This document shows, piece after piece, positions 24,648 to 34,388 of a stretch of 53,017 nt of DNA. The position numbers were made by a program, and so were the translations under genes. The notes under the pieces were generated by a model. That model did no database searches. It was not told the DNA's origin and worked only from the letters and a program-made list of their open reading frames with translations. The stretch's first letter is position 1. Every line of letters starts with the position of its first letter. The stretch comes from a bacterium (GTDB lineage Bacteria > Auribacterota > UBA3054), in the NCBI GenBank assembly GCA_017649705.1, contig JAGCGH010000032.1:1-53017 (forward strand), in the 5' to 3' direction.

Positions 24648-26960
24648 ATGATCACGGAAATCATCAAACGCGACGGACGCCGAGTCCCCTTCGATGAAAG
24701 TAAGATCGCCGAGGCGATAAAAAAAGCCTTTGCCGCCACCGGCTTCCCCCAGGACGAAAAAGCCGCCGCCGAATTAGCTGGCGAAGTTTCCCGCCGCGTT
24801 GAGGAAACTTTTCAGGACGTTCCCGATGTGGAAGGCATACAGGACGTGGTGGAGCAAGTGCTCATAGACGCCGGACACGTCAGGACCGCCAAAGCCTACA
24901 TTCTTTACAGAGCCAACAGAAGCCGCGTGCGCCAGATGAACACGAGGCTTATGAAGATATACGAAGACATCACTTTCAAGGATGCCATCGATTCCGATAT
25001 TAAAAGAGAGAACGCCAACATCGACGGCAACACCGCCATGGGCTCCATGCTGAAATACGGCAGCGAAGGCGCCAAGCAGTTCTATGAAATGTTCATCCTG
25101 AAGCCGGAGCACGCCAAGGCGCACCGCGAGGGCGACATTCACATCCACGACATGGATTTCTACACCCTGACCACCACCTGCTGCCAGATCGACCTTCTGA
25201 AGCTCTTCAAAGGCGGCTTCACCACCGGGCACGGCGTCTTGAGGGAACCGAATTCCATCGCCAGCTATTCCGCCCTGGCCTGCATCGCCATCCAGGCGAA
25301 CCAGAACGACCAGCACGGCGGACAGTCCATCGTGAACTTCGACTACGGCCTGGCTCCCGGCGTCAAGAAGACCTATGCCAAGCAGTACCGCAAGAACATC
25401 CTCACCTATATAGAGCTGCTTGACACCGAGAAACTGGAAGCCGCCACCAAGGTCGAGGAAGATCTGAAAGAGCAGGGCCTCACCGCCACCATCGAAAAGG
25501 GCGAGGAATACGCTCTGAAAGAAGCGGAAGAACTGCAGAAGATCGGCCTTCCCGCGGAAGAGATCAAGAAGGCCCAGGAATTCGCCGCCAAGAAAGCCTA
25601 TAAGGAAACCGACAAGGAGACCTACCAGGCGGTGGAGGCGCTCATCCACAACCTCAACACCATGCACTCCAGAGCCGGCGCGCAGACGCCTTTCTCCTCC
25701 GTCAACTACGGCATGGACACTTCCGCCGAGGGCCGCATGGTCGTGAGGAACATGCTCCTGGCCACGGAAGCCGGTCTGGGACACGGCGAGACGCCCATCT
25801 TCCCCATCCAGATCTTCCGCGTGAAGGAAGGCATCAACTACAACGAAGGCGAACCGAACTACGACCTCTTCAAGCTGGCCTGCAGAGTCAGCGCCAAGCG
25901 CCTCTTCCCCAACTTCTCCTTCCAGGACGCGCCCTTCAACAAGGCCTTCTATAAGGAAGGACATCCCGAGACCGAGATCGCCTACATGGGCTGCCGCACC
26001 AGGGTCATCAGCAACGTCTACGATCCTTCCAAGGCCATTTCCAACAGCCGCGGCAACCTCAGCTTCACCACCATCAACCTGCCCAGGCTGGCGATACTGG
26101 CCCACGGCAACATCGACGTCTTCTTCCAGTCCCTCGACAGGAAGATCGATCTGGTCATCGACCAGCTCTTGTCCCGCTTCGCCATCCAGTGCCACAAGAA
26201 AGTCAGGAACTTCCCGTTCCTGATGGGCGCCGGCGTCTGGCTCGACAGCGAGAAACTGGGCCCCGACGACGAGGTGGGCGAAGTCTTGAAGCACGGCACG
26301 CTCTCCTGCGGCTTCATCGGCTTGGCTGAGACCTTGAAGAGCCTAATAGGCGAGCATCACGGCGAATCCGTGAAAGCCCAGAATTTGGGTCTCGAGATCA
26401 TCGGACATATGCGCGACAGGATGGACCAGGCCAGCAAAGACTACGGCCTGAACTTCTCCCTTCTGGCCACGCCGGCTGAAGGTTTGAGCGGCCGCTTCGT
26501 CAAGATGGACCGCAAGCGCTTCGGCGTGATGCCCGGCATCACGGACCACGAATTCTACACCAACAGCTTCCACATCCCGGTGTATTTCCCCATCAGCGCC
26601 CGCGACAAGATCAGGCTCGAAGCCCCCTACCACAATCTCACCAACGCCGGCCACATCACCTACGTGGAATTGGACGGCGATCCCAGCCAGAACCTGGAAG
26701 CCTTCGAGAAGATCATCCGCATGATGCACGACTACGGCGTGGGCTACGGCTCCGTCAACCACGCGGTGGACAGAGACCCGGTCTGCGGCTTCAACGGAAT
26801 CATCGGCGACACCTGCCCGCACTGCGGCAGAAAAGAAGAGGACGGGCTCGGAAACTTCCAGCGCATCCGCCGCATCACCGGATACCTGGTGGGCACCCTT
26901 GAGCGCTTCAACAACGCCAAGCGCGCGGAAGTGGAAGAACGCGTCAAACACAACGTCTGA
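24648..26960 (+). CDS. nrdD: anaerobic (class III) ribonucleoside-triphosphate reductase
   Basis: ATP cone IIKRDGRRVPFD, IHIHD, TTTCC, YMGCRT, ATPAEG, Zn site CG..CPHCG, glycyl-radical RITGYL. Confidence 0.97.
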   Translation: MITEIIKRDGRRVPFDESKIAEAIKKAFAATGFPQDEKAAAELAGEVSRRVEETFQDVPDVEGIQDVVEQVLIDAGHVRTAKAYILYRANRSRVRQMNTRLMKIYEDITFKDAIDSDIKRENANIDGNTAMGSMLKYGSEGAKQFYEMFILKPEHAKAHREGDIHIHDMDFYTLTTTCCQIDLLKLFKGGFTTGHGVLREPNSIASYSALACIAIQANQNDQHGGQSIVNFDYGLAPGVKKTYAKQYRKNILTYIELLDTEKLEAATKVEEDLKEQGLTATIEKGEEYALKEAEELQKIGLPAEEIKKAQEFAAKKAYKETDKETYQAVEALIHNLNTMHSRAGAQTPFSSVNYGMDTSAEGRMVVRNMLLATEAGLGHGETPIFPIQIFRVKEGINYNEGEPNYDLFKLACRVSAKRLFPNFSFQDAPFNKAFYKEGHPETEIAYMGCRTRVISNVYDPSKAISNSRGNLSFTTINLPRLAILAHGNIDVFFQSLDRKIDLVIDQLLSRFAIQCHKKVRNFPFLMGAGVWLDSEKLGPDDEVGEVLKHGTLSCGFIGLAETLKSLIGEHHGESVKAQNLGLEIIGHMRDRMDQASKDYGLNFSLLATPAEGLSGRFVKMDRKRFGVMPGITDHEFYTNSFHIPVYFPISARDKIRLEAPYHNLTNAGHITYVELDGDPSQNLEAFEKIIRMMHDYGVGYGSVNHAVDRDPVCGFNGIIGDTCPHCGRKEEDGLGNFQRIRRITGYLVGTLERFNNAKRAEVEERVKHNV

Positions 26961-26967
26961 TAAAAAG

Positions 26968-27474
26968 ATGAAATTTCGTTTGGCCGGTTTTCTCTCCGAA
27001 TCCATAACGGACGGGACGGGCTTTCGGGCGGTGGTCTTTTTCCAAGGCTGCCTGAGAGCCTGCCCCGGCTGTCAGAATCCGCAGACCCACGACCCTATGG
27101 GCGGAACGGAATCGACGACGGAAGAGACGATAGAAAAGATCCTCTCCGATCCTTATCTGGACGGCGTGACGCTCTCCGGCGGCGAGCCCTTCTTCCAGCC
27201 CGAACCCGCAGCGGTTATAGCGGAGGCTGTCAAAGCCGCGGGGAAGAACGTCTGGGCTTTCACGGGCTACACTTACGAAGAGCTTGAAAAAGGAATAGCA
27301 GAGGGAAGGAAAGACTGGGAAAGGCTTCTGAAGACCGTCGACGTTCTGGTGGACGGGCCTTTCCTCCTGGCGGAAAAAAGTCTGGAACTGAAGTTCCGGG
27401 GCAGCCGCAACCAGCGCATCCTGAAACTGGAGAACGGCAAGGTCGCCGGAAGGCTGGACGAGCCGGGGAAATAA
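26968..27474 (+). CDS. nrdG: class III RNR activase
   Basis: FFQGCLRACPGCQNP, SGGEP, VDVLVDGPF, FRGSRNQR. Confidence 0.96.
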   Translation: MKFRLAGFLSESITDGTGFRAVVFFQGCLRACPGCQNPQTHDPMGGTESTTEETIEKILSDPYLDGVTLSGGEPFFQPEPAAVIAEAVKAAGKNVWAFTGYTYEELEKGIAEGRKDWERLLKTVDVLVDGPFLLAEKSLELKFRGSRNQRILKLENGKVAGRLDEPGK

Positions 27475-27510
27475 AAGATCTTTTGGGTGTGTGTGTTTTG
27501 GTATGTTTTG

Positions 27511-27545
27511 GCGGAAGGCTTCGGCCTTCCGCTTTTTTTATTTTT
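27511..27545 (+). terminator. terminator after nrdG
   Basis: GCGGAAGGC-TTCG-GCCTTCCGC followed by T run. Confidence 0.9.
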
Positions 27546-27564
27546 CCGCCCGGGCGGCGGAAAC

Positions 27565-27592
27565 AAAAAACGGCTCCCCGCAGAGGGAGCCG
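27565..27592 (-). terminator. terminator for minus-strand lipoprotein gene
   Basis: AAAAAA-CGGCTCCC-CGCAGA-GGGAGCCG. Confidence 0.75.
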
Positions 27593-27626
27593 CTAATGGA
27601 TCCAAGCTTTTCAAAAGAAAAGAGAC

Positions 27627-28013
27627 TTAAAGCTTGATCACGCTTTCAAACTCTTCCTCCGGCTGGTTGGCGTCGATGAATCCCAGGTCCAGCTGGACCT
27701 TGTCGCCCTTCAGCAGGCTGTAATAATAAGTGCGGAGAGTGCGGGCGTCGCTCTCGTTCTCCGTCAGGCTGTAAAAGTAGCGGCTTCTGCCCTGGTCGTT
27801 CATGACGGTCAGCCTGAGATAAGTAGCCTTTACGGTCTTGTCGCTGAGGAAGCCCTTCTCGACTCTGTCCATCTCCATGATCTGCTTGTCGATCAAAGTG
27901 CCGGTGAAATATTTTTTGGTGGAAGCGAGATCGTCTTTGGAAAGGGATTGCGTGGCGCAGCCGCATAAAATTATCAACGCGAACAAAGTTCCTAAAAGAT
28001 GACGAATTTGCAT
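27627..28013 (-). CDS. hypothetical lipoprotein
   Basis: Lipobox-like ILCGC, RBS GGAG, host-like codon usage. Confidence 0.75.
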   Translation of the reverse strand: MQIRHLLGTLFALIILCGCATQSLSKDDLASTKKYFTGTLIDKQIMEMDRVEKGFLSDKTVKATYLRLTVMNDQGRSRYFYSLTENESDARTLRTYYYSLLKGDKVQLDLGFIDANQPEEEFESVIKL

Positions 28014-28054
28014 ATTGATTTCTCCGGTATTAAAAGACTGGCTGTAAAGGCATA

Positions 28055-28087
28055 TTAAAAAAAGGCTGCGGACAAAATGTCCGCAGC
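28055..28087 (-). terminator. terminator after HU gene
   Basis: A run followed by GCTGCGGACA-AAA-TGTCCGCAGC. Confidence 0.75.
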
Positions 28088-28109
28088 GCTTAATGAACCA
28101 AGAGACAAA

Positions 28110-28400
28110 TTACTTGCCGAGCAGAGCGGAGCTGGCTTTGAACTTGACCACGGTCTTGGCCGCGATCTTGATCTGCTGTTTGGTCTTGGGGTTGATGCCC
28201 TTGCGAGCTTTGCGCTTCGCGGTGCCGAAGGTGCCGAAGCCGACGATGGCGACTTTGCCGCCCTTCTTCAGGGTTTTCTGGACGGAGCCGAGCACGGAGG
28301 CGACGGCGGCGGCAGCCTGTTTCTTGGTGATGCCCGCTTCAGAAGCGACGGCTTCTACGAGCTGACCTTTGTTGAGGTTTCCGGTTTTTTTGGTAGCCAT
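28110..28400 (-). CDS. hup: histone-like DNA-binding protein HU
   Basis: NKGQLVEAVA, VGFGTF, RKARKGINPKT, VKFKAS; RBS AGGAG. Confidence 0.96.
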   Translation of the reverse strand: MATKKTGNLNKGQLVEAVASEAGITKKQAAAAVASVLGSVQKTLKKGGKVAIVGFGTFGTAKRKARKGINPKTKQQIKIAAKTVVKFKASSALLGK

Positions 28401-28507
28401 AAATAATCTCCTACAGATTGTTTTGGTGTTTGATTTTTTTGTGTGGTTCCGCGCCAAACTTTCGGCGCGGCACGCAAAAAAGATAAAGTAATTTTTTTAT
28501 CGCTGTA

Positions 28508-28537
28508 ATTATACTTAAAATCAAGGCTTTATGTCAA
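28508..28537 (-). promoter_or_regulatory. consensus sigma70 promoter of hup
   Basis: Minus strand TTGACA-18 bp-TATAAT. Confidence 0.85.
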
Positions 28538-28707
28538 TATCCATTTCACCAACCCCTTTAATCTCGTGGGAAGGGGAGAACGGCCGAGGGAGATATCACG
28601 CAATATAAAGCACTTATGACGAGACTCTCTTGGAGAGTTTGTTACCATAAGAAAAATCTGGGTGTTTTTGTTAAAATAAACGGAAGATATGAAAATGGAG
28701 GAAATGA

Positions 28708-31700
28708 ATGATAATTCGCAGAAACTTCTATCATGAGAGACCGAAAGGCGTGGCGCTTCTGGCGGTGCTGACAGTTCTGACAGTGCTGTCTCTTTTGGCC
28801 GCGACCTTTTCCACTTTCATGACAATGGAAAGCCAGACCAGCGTGACGACGCTTGCCAAGTCGCAGTCGGATCTGCTGGCGCAGTCCGCTCTGGAGCACG
28901 CGCTGAGCGTTCTTCGCCAGGACGTTTACGCTTCCCCCGGTTGGGATTCTTACGACGAACCATGGTTCAGCGAATTCATCGCGAAGCCCCATTCTGAAAA
29001 TCAAGTCAACATTTCCGAAGCCCTGGCTCATTCTCCCGCCAAAGATATTCCCGCGGTTCCTCCCTCCCGCTGGTTCTATGTGAGAGACAATCAGGGCAAC
29101 ATTCAGGGGCGCTACGCCATCTCGGTGGAAGACGAAGCATCCAAGATCAACGTCAACATCGCCTCCGCCGCCGGAGCCGCCGATCAGAACGAAGGCTTCT
29201 CCACCAGGGAAGTGGTGCTCTCGGACGGCCAGCCCAGGGACGGCCGAGGACTGCCCATCTCCAAAGATGCCACCCAGAAGATCGTGAAATTCCGCTACGG
29301 CCGCGACGAGAAACCCGGCCAGGCCAACGTGGACGACAACTACAACCTCCCGCTTTTCGCCAGCGACAAGATCGACAACAACGCCAACCACAAAGTCGAC
29401 GAAGCCGGCGAAGGCTTGGATGAAGCGGAAGAGTTCATGCCCGCCCGTCCCCGCTGGGACGATATGGCGTTCTCCTCCATGCAGGACGTAATAGACCTGT
29501 GCATGCCCGGACAGCGCAACGCCGCCACGGAATGGCTCCGCCATCTCGGCACGACGTACACCCAGACCAGGGACATGTACGTCGATTCCAACGACAAGAT
29601 CTACAACAGGGTCAACATCAACGTGGCGGAGCGCGAACAGATCAGAAGGATCTTCAGAAGAGCCAACTCCGACTACAAGTTCGAGCCCTCCACGATAGCC
29701 TTGCAGAGCCTGGTGGCCAACGTCATCGACTTCCGCGACGAGAACCATGTGCTGACCACAGTGGGCAACGAATACGGCGTGGAAGCGGTGAACTTCAACG
29801 AGATCATGGCCAACGACGGCTCCTTCAGTTTCGAAGCGGACCGCATCATGCTGGGCAGCGACCCCACGGACAACGCGCACCTGTTCTCCAAGTGGTACAA
29901 CTACAGCGGCAACGGAAACATCACCTACTCTTTCCCCATCAACAGCAAAGCCCCCTCCGGCGGCGGCTCCGTAATTTACTTCGGCAAGCGCGAGAGCTAC
30001 GGCAGCGGATACCGCGTCAACCTCGCCGACGCTCCCAGGAGAAACTACAACGGCACCATGTGGCGCAACTTCAAAAGGCTTCTCCAGAGAAGGTGGGGCG
30101 GCATTCCGAAAAACCTCCTGAAGGGCGGCACGCTTATTCTCGTCAACAACAACAACGAGAAACTGGGCTATTACCCCATCATTGAAAACAGCGGCGACAA
30201 CATCCACGTGGGCTGCGGCGGCACGCTCTGCAAAGCCGACCACTTCACCAACGACCAGCTCTTCGCCAGCATCTACACTGGCTGGGCCTGGGAGAGCCAA
30301 CATGCCGCGGTGATCTCCATTGTTCCGAGAGCCCAGGACATCTGGGCCTTCCCGACCCAGATCAACAAGGACATCAATCCTCCCAAGGATCTCTACTACT
30401 ACGCCTTCATCGGCGAGCAGAACTTCTCCGGCTCCTTCGGCACCAGCGGCGACTCCACCATGTCGAAAGTCATGGGAAAGAGCTACACCGTGCAGTGGAA
30501 AGGCTTCAACGAATACATGGACCTGGACGGCGAAGCCAACAAATATTCCGAGACGCGCATGGTGGAATTGACCAAGGACGACCTCAAGGGCAGCGAGATG
30601 AAACTGCCCGGCGGCGAGGACAGAGTCTGGATGAAACGCTATCCCTACAAGGACGGCGACGCGGTGCGGGCCGTAGACGGCCTGGTGCCGCTATTGGTCT
30701 CCACGGCTAAGAACACCGGCCTTAAAGGCGTCAACACCTCCTCTTCCATCCTGGCCAACACTAAAAACGACTTCGACGTCGTTTACATCCAGCGCCCGGA
30801 CATCGTGGAGCTCATTAACATCAGCGACAAGGACATCAGTCTGCGCAACTGGAGAGTGGTCATCAACACCGGCGACTACGCCGACCAGATCGCAATATTG
30901 GAGCACGCGCCCCACTTCAACGCCAGGATCGGCAACCTCTACGACGACCCCAACCCGGTCATTCCCGCCAACGGATATTTTTACCTGACCAACAACAAGG
31001 CGGTCTTCGACTACACCTTCGGCGCCTCCAAGAACGGCACCTGGGGCGACAACGTGAAAGAGTCGTACCCCTGCTACGAACTGCCCGACATTCTCTGGGG
31101 CGTCCGCTATAAGATTTCCCGCGTGAGCGGCGACAAGCTTTGGTTCAGCGGCGCCAACTGGAAGCACGACCAGATGAAATACGAGATCATCGAGATCCAC
31201 AGCAAGCGCACCGAGAGCGGCCGCAACGGCGTGACGGGCATCAGAAAATCCGTCCACCACAGCGGCAGCAACTGGATCCAGGCCCAGCCCGGCATCAGCT
31301 GGACCACGGACGGCGCCAAGAGCGGCGACGACGCCATGTTCCTGGGGATCCCCAGAGAGGGCGGCTTCCTTTCCATGACCATGAAGAACGAGTACAGCCA
31401 GATCGCGGCCCGTACCGTGGAATACGGCACCCTGAAGCCCAACGAGCTGACTTACTCCACCCAGAAAGACGACCCCACCCACTACACCTGGGTGAAGACC
31501 AGCAAGCCCACCATCGGCGGCACCTTGAAAGACGCTGAGAACCACAACATGAGGACCAGGGAGGAAAGCCGCGCTTATGTGAAGAACGCCCCCTACGCCA
31601 CCGTGGGCGAACTGCGCCGCGTCAGACGTTCCGGCGACTGGGAAAACATCGGGACCAGCAGCAAGATCCAGGAAGCCAACCGCTACATGCAGGCCATCGC

Positions 31701-32841
31701 CAAGAGCTTCACCACCTACGGCGTCAGAATGGACGCGGAGGAGGAAGGCGCCCATTTGAGCGGCTGGCGCCCGGCTTTCGGCACGGTGGCCAAATCCGAC
31801 GCCGGCAGGCTGCAGGCCACGGAAAGCAACTGGGAGCCCTCCATCTGGGACGGTCAGAAGCTGAGGATCAGCAGCGGCAAACAGAAAGACCAGGTCTTCG
31901 TCATCAAGAACAGCACCGCCTCCACCATCACCCCGGACGGCTACTCCGTGGGCGCCCAGGACACCCTGAGAGTGCACAAGGGCGACAAATTCAACGTGGG
32001 CCCGGGCTACGGTTCCGCCATGTACTACACCAGGCAGCCCCAGGACAAGGGCGAATGGGAGTGGGTGGAAAAAGGCCTGACCAAACAGCCCTACGGCCTT
32101 TACATCTTCGGTCTTAACGACTCCATCAAGACCACCGAGTTCCTGGAAGAGAACCACAACGCCAAGATCAAGGTGGAAGTCTTCAACTACGACACCAAGG
32201 ATTACGAGGAATTCCCCAAGACAAGCGTAAAGGACAAAGACCAGAGCGATCCTTACCAGATCCCCATTCCCCGCCATCTGCAGTACAACAAGTCCGACGG
32301 CTTCTTCTGCGGCATGATAGGACCCGAGCACGTATCCAGTAAGGGCGGCATCAAGATCAGGCTCACCCCCTCCGGACTCCACGACTCCGACTGCTCCGGC
32401 TTCGCCTGGTTCGACTACGCTTATCTGACGCCCTGCTCGGCCCAGGGGCAGATCAACATCAACACCGCCTCTCCCAGAGTCCTGGCCAGTCTCCCGGGCG
32501 TGACGCCGAAACTGGCCGACGACATTTACAAGGGCATAGCCCAGAACGGCAAGACCAAGCTTAAACCCTACAAGAACATCACCGACATCCTTTCCGTCAG
32601 AGGCATGAGCGTGGAGCGCTACGGCAAGATGTGCGCCCTCATCACCACCAGGAGCGACCAGTTCAGAGTCCGCATCCTGGCGGAATCTTTGAACGACGTG
32701 GACAAGGACGGCGAATTCAACGAGAAGAAGGGGGACTACGTGACCTCCTACACCTCCCAGGACGTGGTGGTCGACCGCCAGGCCCTGATGGACGGCGAAA
32801 TAGGCGAATCCAGCTTCCGCTTCCTCTCCAGGCAGCAGTAA
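28708..32841 (+). CDS. giant GspK/PilX-like minor pseudopilin with LTD-like and HhH domains, 1377 aa
   Basis: KG|VALLAVLTVL prepilin-like N-terminus without Glu5, VEDEASKININ-type motif, C-terminal QININTASPRVLASLPGV..ITTRSDQFRV; LTD-like FNEIMAN and VELINISDKDISLRNW. Confidence 0.8.
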   Translation: MIIRRNFYHERPKGVALLAVLTVLTVLSLLAATFSTFMTMESQTSVTTLAKSQSDLLAQSALEHALSVLRQDVYASPGWDSYDEPWFSEFIAKPHSENQVNISEALAHSPAKDIPAVPPSRWFYVRDNQGNIQGRYAISVEDEASKINVNIASAAGAADQNEGFSTREVVLSDGQPRDGRGLPISKDATQKIVKFRYGRDEKPGQANVDDNYNLPLFASDKIDNNANHKVDEAGEGLDEAEEFMPARPRWDDMAFSSMQDVIDLCMPGQRNAATEWLRHLGTTYTQTRDMYVDSNDKIYNRVNINVAEREQIRRIFRRANSDYKFEPSTIALQSLVANVIDFRDENHVLTTVGNEYGVEAVNFNEIMANDGSFSFEADRIMLGSDPTDNAHLFSKWYNYSGNGNITYSFPINSKAPSGGGSVIYFGKRESYGSGYRVNLADAPRRNYNGTMWRNFKRLLQRRWGGIPKNLLKGGTLILVNNNNEKLGYYPIIENSGDNIHVGCGGTLCKADHFTNDQLFASIYTGWAWESQHAAVISIVPRAQDIWAFPTQINKDINPPKDLYYYAFIGEQNFSGSFGTSGDSTMSKVMGKSYTVQWKGFNEYMDLDGEANKYSETRMVELTKDDLKGSEMKLPGGEDRVWMKRYPYKDGDAVRAVDGLVPLLVSTAKNTGLKGVNTSSSILANTKNDFDVVYIQRPDIVELINISDKDISLRNWRVVINTGDYADQIAILEHAPHFNARIGNLYDDPNPVIPANGYFYLTNNKAVFDYTFGASKNGTWGDNVKESYPCYELPDILWGVRYKISRVSGDKLWFSGANWKHDQMKYEIIEIHSKRTESGRNGVTGIRKSVHHSGSNWIQAQPGISWTTDGAKSGDDAMFLGIPREGGFLSMTMKNEYSQIAARTVEYGTLKPNELTYSTQKDDPTHYTWVKTSKPTIGGTLKDAENHNMRTREESRAYVKNAPYATVGELRRVRRSGDWENIGTSSKIQEANRYMQAIAKSFTTYGVRMDAEEEGAHLSGWRPAFGTVAKSDAGRLQATESNWEPSIWDGQKLRISSGKQKDQVFVIKNSTASTITPDGYSVGAQDTLRVHKGDKFNVGPGYGSAMYYTRQPQDKGEWEWVEKGLTKQPYGLYIFGLNDSIKTTEFLEENHNAKIKVEVFNYDTKDYEEFPKTSVKDKDQSDPYQIPIPRHLQYNKSDGFFCGMIGPEHVSSKGGIKIRLTPSGLHDSDCSGFAWFDYAYLTPCSAQGQININTASPRVLASLPGVTPKLADDIYKGIAQNGKTKLKPYKNITDILSVRGMSVERYGKMCALITTRSDQFRVRILAESLNDVDKDGEFNEKKGDYVTSYTSQDVVVDRQALMDGEIGESSFRFLSRQQ

Positions 32842-32857
32842 GCGATCAAAACGATTT

Positions 32858-32889
32858 AGGAGCCGGCCCAACCGGCTCCTTTATTTTTT
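32858..32889 (+). terminator. terminator after GspK-like gene
   Basis: AGGAGCCGG-CCCAA-CCGGCTCCT followed by T-rich tail. Confidence 0.8.
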
Positions 32890-32903
32890 CAGAGGAAAAA
32901 CAT

Positions 32904-34388
32904 ATGCGAGATTTTTTCGACAACCTCCCCGACGTGAAATTAGGCATCGTGGCCGTTTCCAGGGACTGTTTTCCCAAGAGCCTTTCCGAGAGCAGAAGGG
33001 AAAAAATAGTCGAGGCCTACGCGGAAAGGCAAGGCTACATCCACGAGTGCCCGGTGGTGGTGGAGAACGAACTGGACGCCATGAAGGCTCTCGTGGACTT
33101 AACGGCGAACGGAGTCGAGGCGCTGGTGGTCTTTCTCGGGAACTTCGGGCCCGAGACATCCGAGACGCTGCTCATAAAATATTTCAAGGGCCCCGCCATG
33201 GTCATCGCAGCGGCGGAGGAAGCGCAGGATAAGCTCCTGGACGACCGGGGCGACGCCTACTGCGGACTTCTGAACGCCAGCTACAACCTGAAATTGAGGA
33301 ACCTCAAGGCCTACATTCCCGAGCGCCCCGTGGGCACGGCGGAGGAATGCGCGAATTTGATCGGGGAGTTCCGGACCATCGCCAACGCCATAGTCGGATT
33401 GCAGAACCTGAAGATCATCTCCTTCGGACCCAGACCCCAGGATTTCCTGGCCTGCAACGCGCCCATCAAGCGCCTCTACGACCTGGGCGTGGAAGTCGAG
33501 GAGAATTCCGAACTGGACCTTTTCGAGGCCTTTAAGAAACACGAGGGCGACAAGCGAATACCGGAAGTCGTAGAAGACATGGCCAACGAACTGGGGAACG
33601 GCAACAAGAAGCCCGAGATCTTAAGTAAGCTCGCGCAGTACGAGCTGACGCTCCTGGACTGGGTGGAAGGCCACAAGGGCATGCGCAAGTACGCCGTCAT
33701 CGCCGGCAAATGCTGGCCGGCTTTCCAGACCCAGTTCGGATTCGTGACCTGCTACGTCAACAGCCGCATGGCGAGGCAGGGTATCCCCGTGGCCTGCGAG
33801 GTGGACATCTACGGCGCCCTGAGCGAATACCTGGGCATGCTGGTGAGCCGCGACGTGGTCACGCTGCTTGACATCAACAACACCGTTCCCCAAGACCAGT
33901 ACGAAGCGGCCATTCAAAACAGGTACCCCTACGCGGGAAGCGACGTTTTCATGGGCTTCCACTGCGGCAACACAGCCAGCAGCAAGCTTTCCTTCTGCGA
34001 GATGAGAAACCAGAAGATCATGGCCAGGAGCCTGCCCGCGGAAGTCACCAACGGAACCTTGGAAGGGGACATCGCCCCAAGCAAGGTCACCATCTTCAGG
34101 CTGCAGAGCACCGCGGACTCCATCCTGAGAGCCTACGCGGCGGAAGGCGAAGTATTGAACGTGCCCACCCATTCCTTCGGCTCCATCGGCGTCATCGCAG
34201 TTCCCGAGATGGCGCGCTTCTACCGCCACGTCCTCATCGAGAAAAATTTCCCGCACCACACCGCCGTGACTTTCTCTCACAACGGCAAAGTTCTTTACGA
34301 AGTCTTCAAGCTCTTGGGCCTGGCGACGGATGAGATATATTTCAACCGCGCCAAGGGCGACCGCTATCCCACGGAGAATCCTTTCTAA
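32904..34388 (+). CDS. L-fucose/L-arabinose isomerase family protein, probable non-XylA xylose isomerase
   Basis: LGNFGPE, RGDAYCG, CWP, PVACEVDIYG, GFHCGN, FPHH; RBS GAGG; abuts xylB. Confidence 0.85.
   Translation: MRDFFDNLPDVKLGIVAVSRDCFPKSLSESRREKIVEAYAERQGYIHECPVVVENELDAMKALVDLTANGVEALVVFLGNFGPETSETLLIKYFKGPAMVIAAAEEAQDKLLDDRGDAYCGLLNASYNLKLRNLKAYIPERPVGTAEECANLIGEFRTIANAIVGLQNLKIISFGPRPQDFLACNAPIKRLYDLGVEVEENSELDLFEAFKKHEGDKRIPEVVEDMANELGNGNKKPEILSKLAQYELTLLDWVEGHKGMRKYAVIAGKCWPAFQTQFGFVTCYVNSRMARQGIPVACEVDIYGALSEYLGMLVSRDVVTLLDINNTVPQDQYEAAIQNRYPYAGSDVFMGFHCGNTASSKLSFCEMRNQKIMARSLPAEVTNGTLEGDIAPSKVTIFRLQSTADSILRAYAAEGEVLNVPTHSFGSIGVIAVPEMARFYRHVLIEKNFPHHTAVTFSHNGKVLYEVFKLLGLATDEIYFNRAKGDRYPTENPF

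Noticed and set aside
24774-26294. 506-aa minus-strand ORF
   Set aside because: Shadow of nrdD.
28642-32871. Minus-strand ORFs of 553 and 726 aa
   Set aside because: Antisense shadows of the GspK-like gene.
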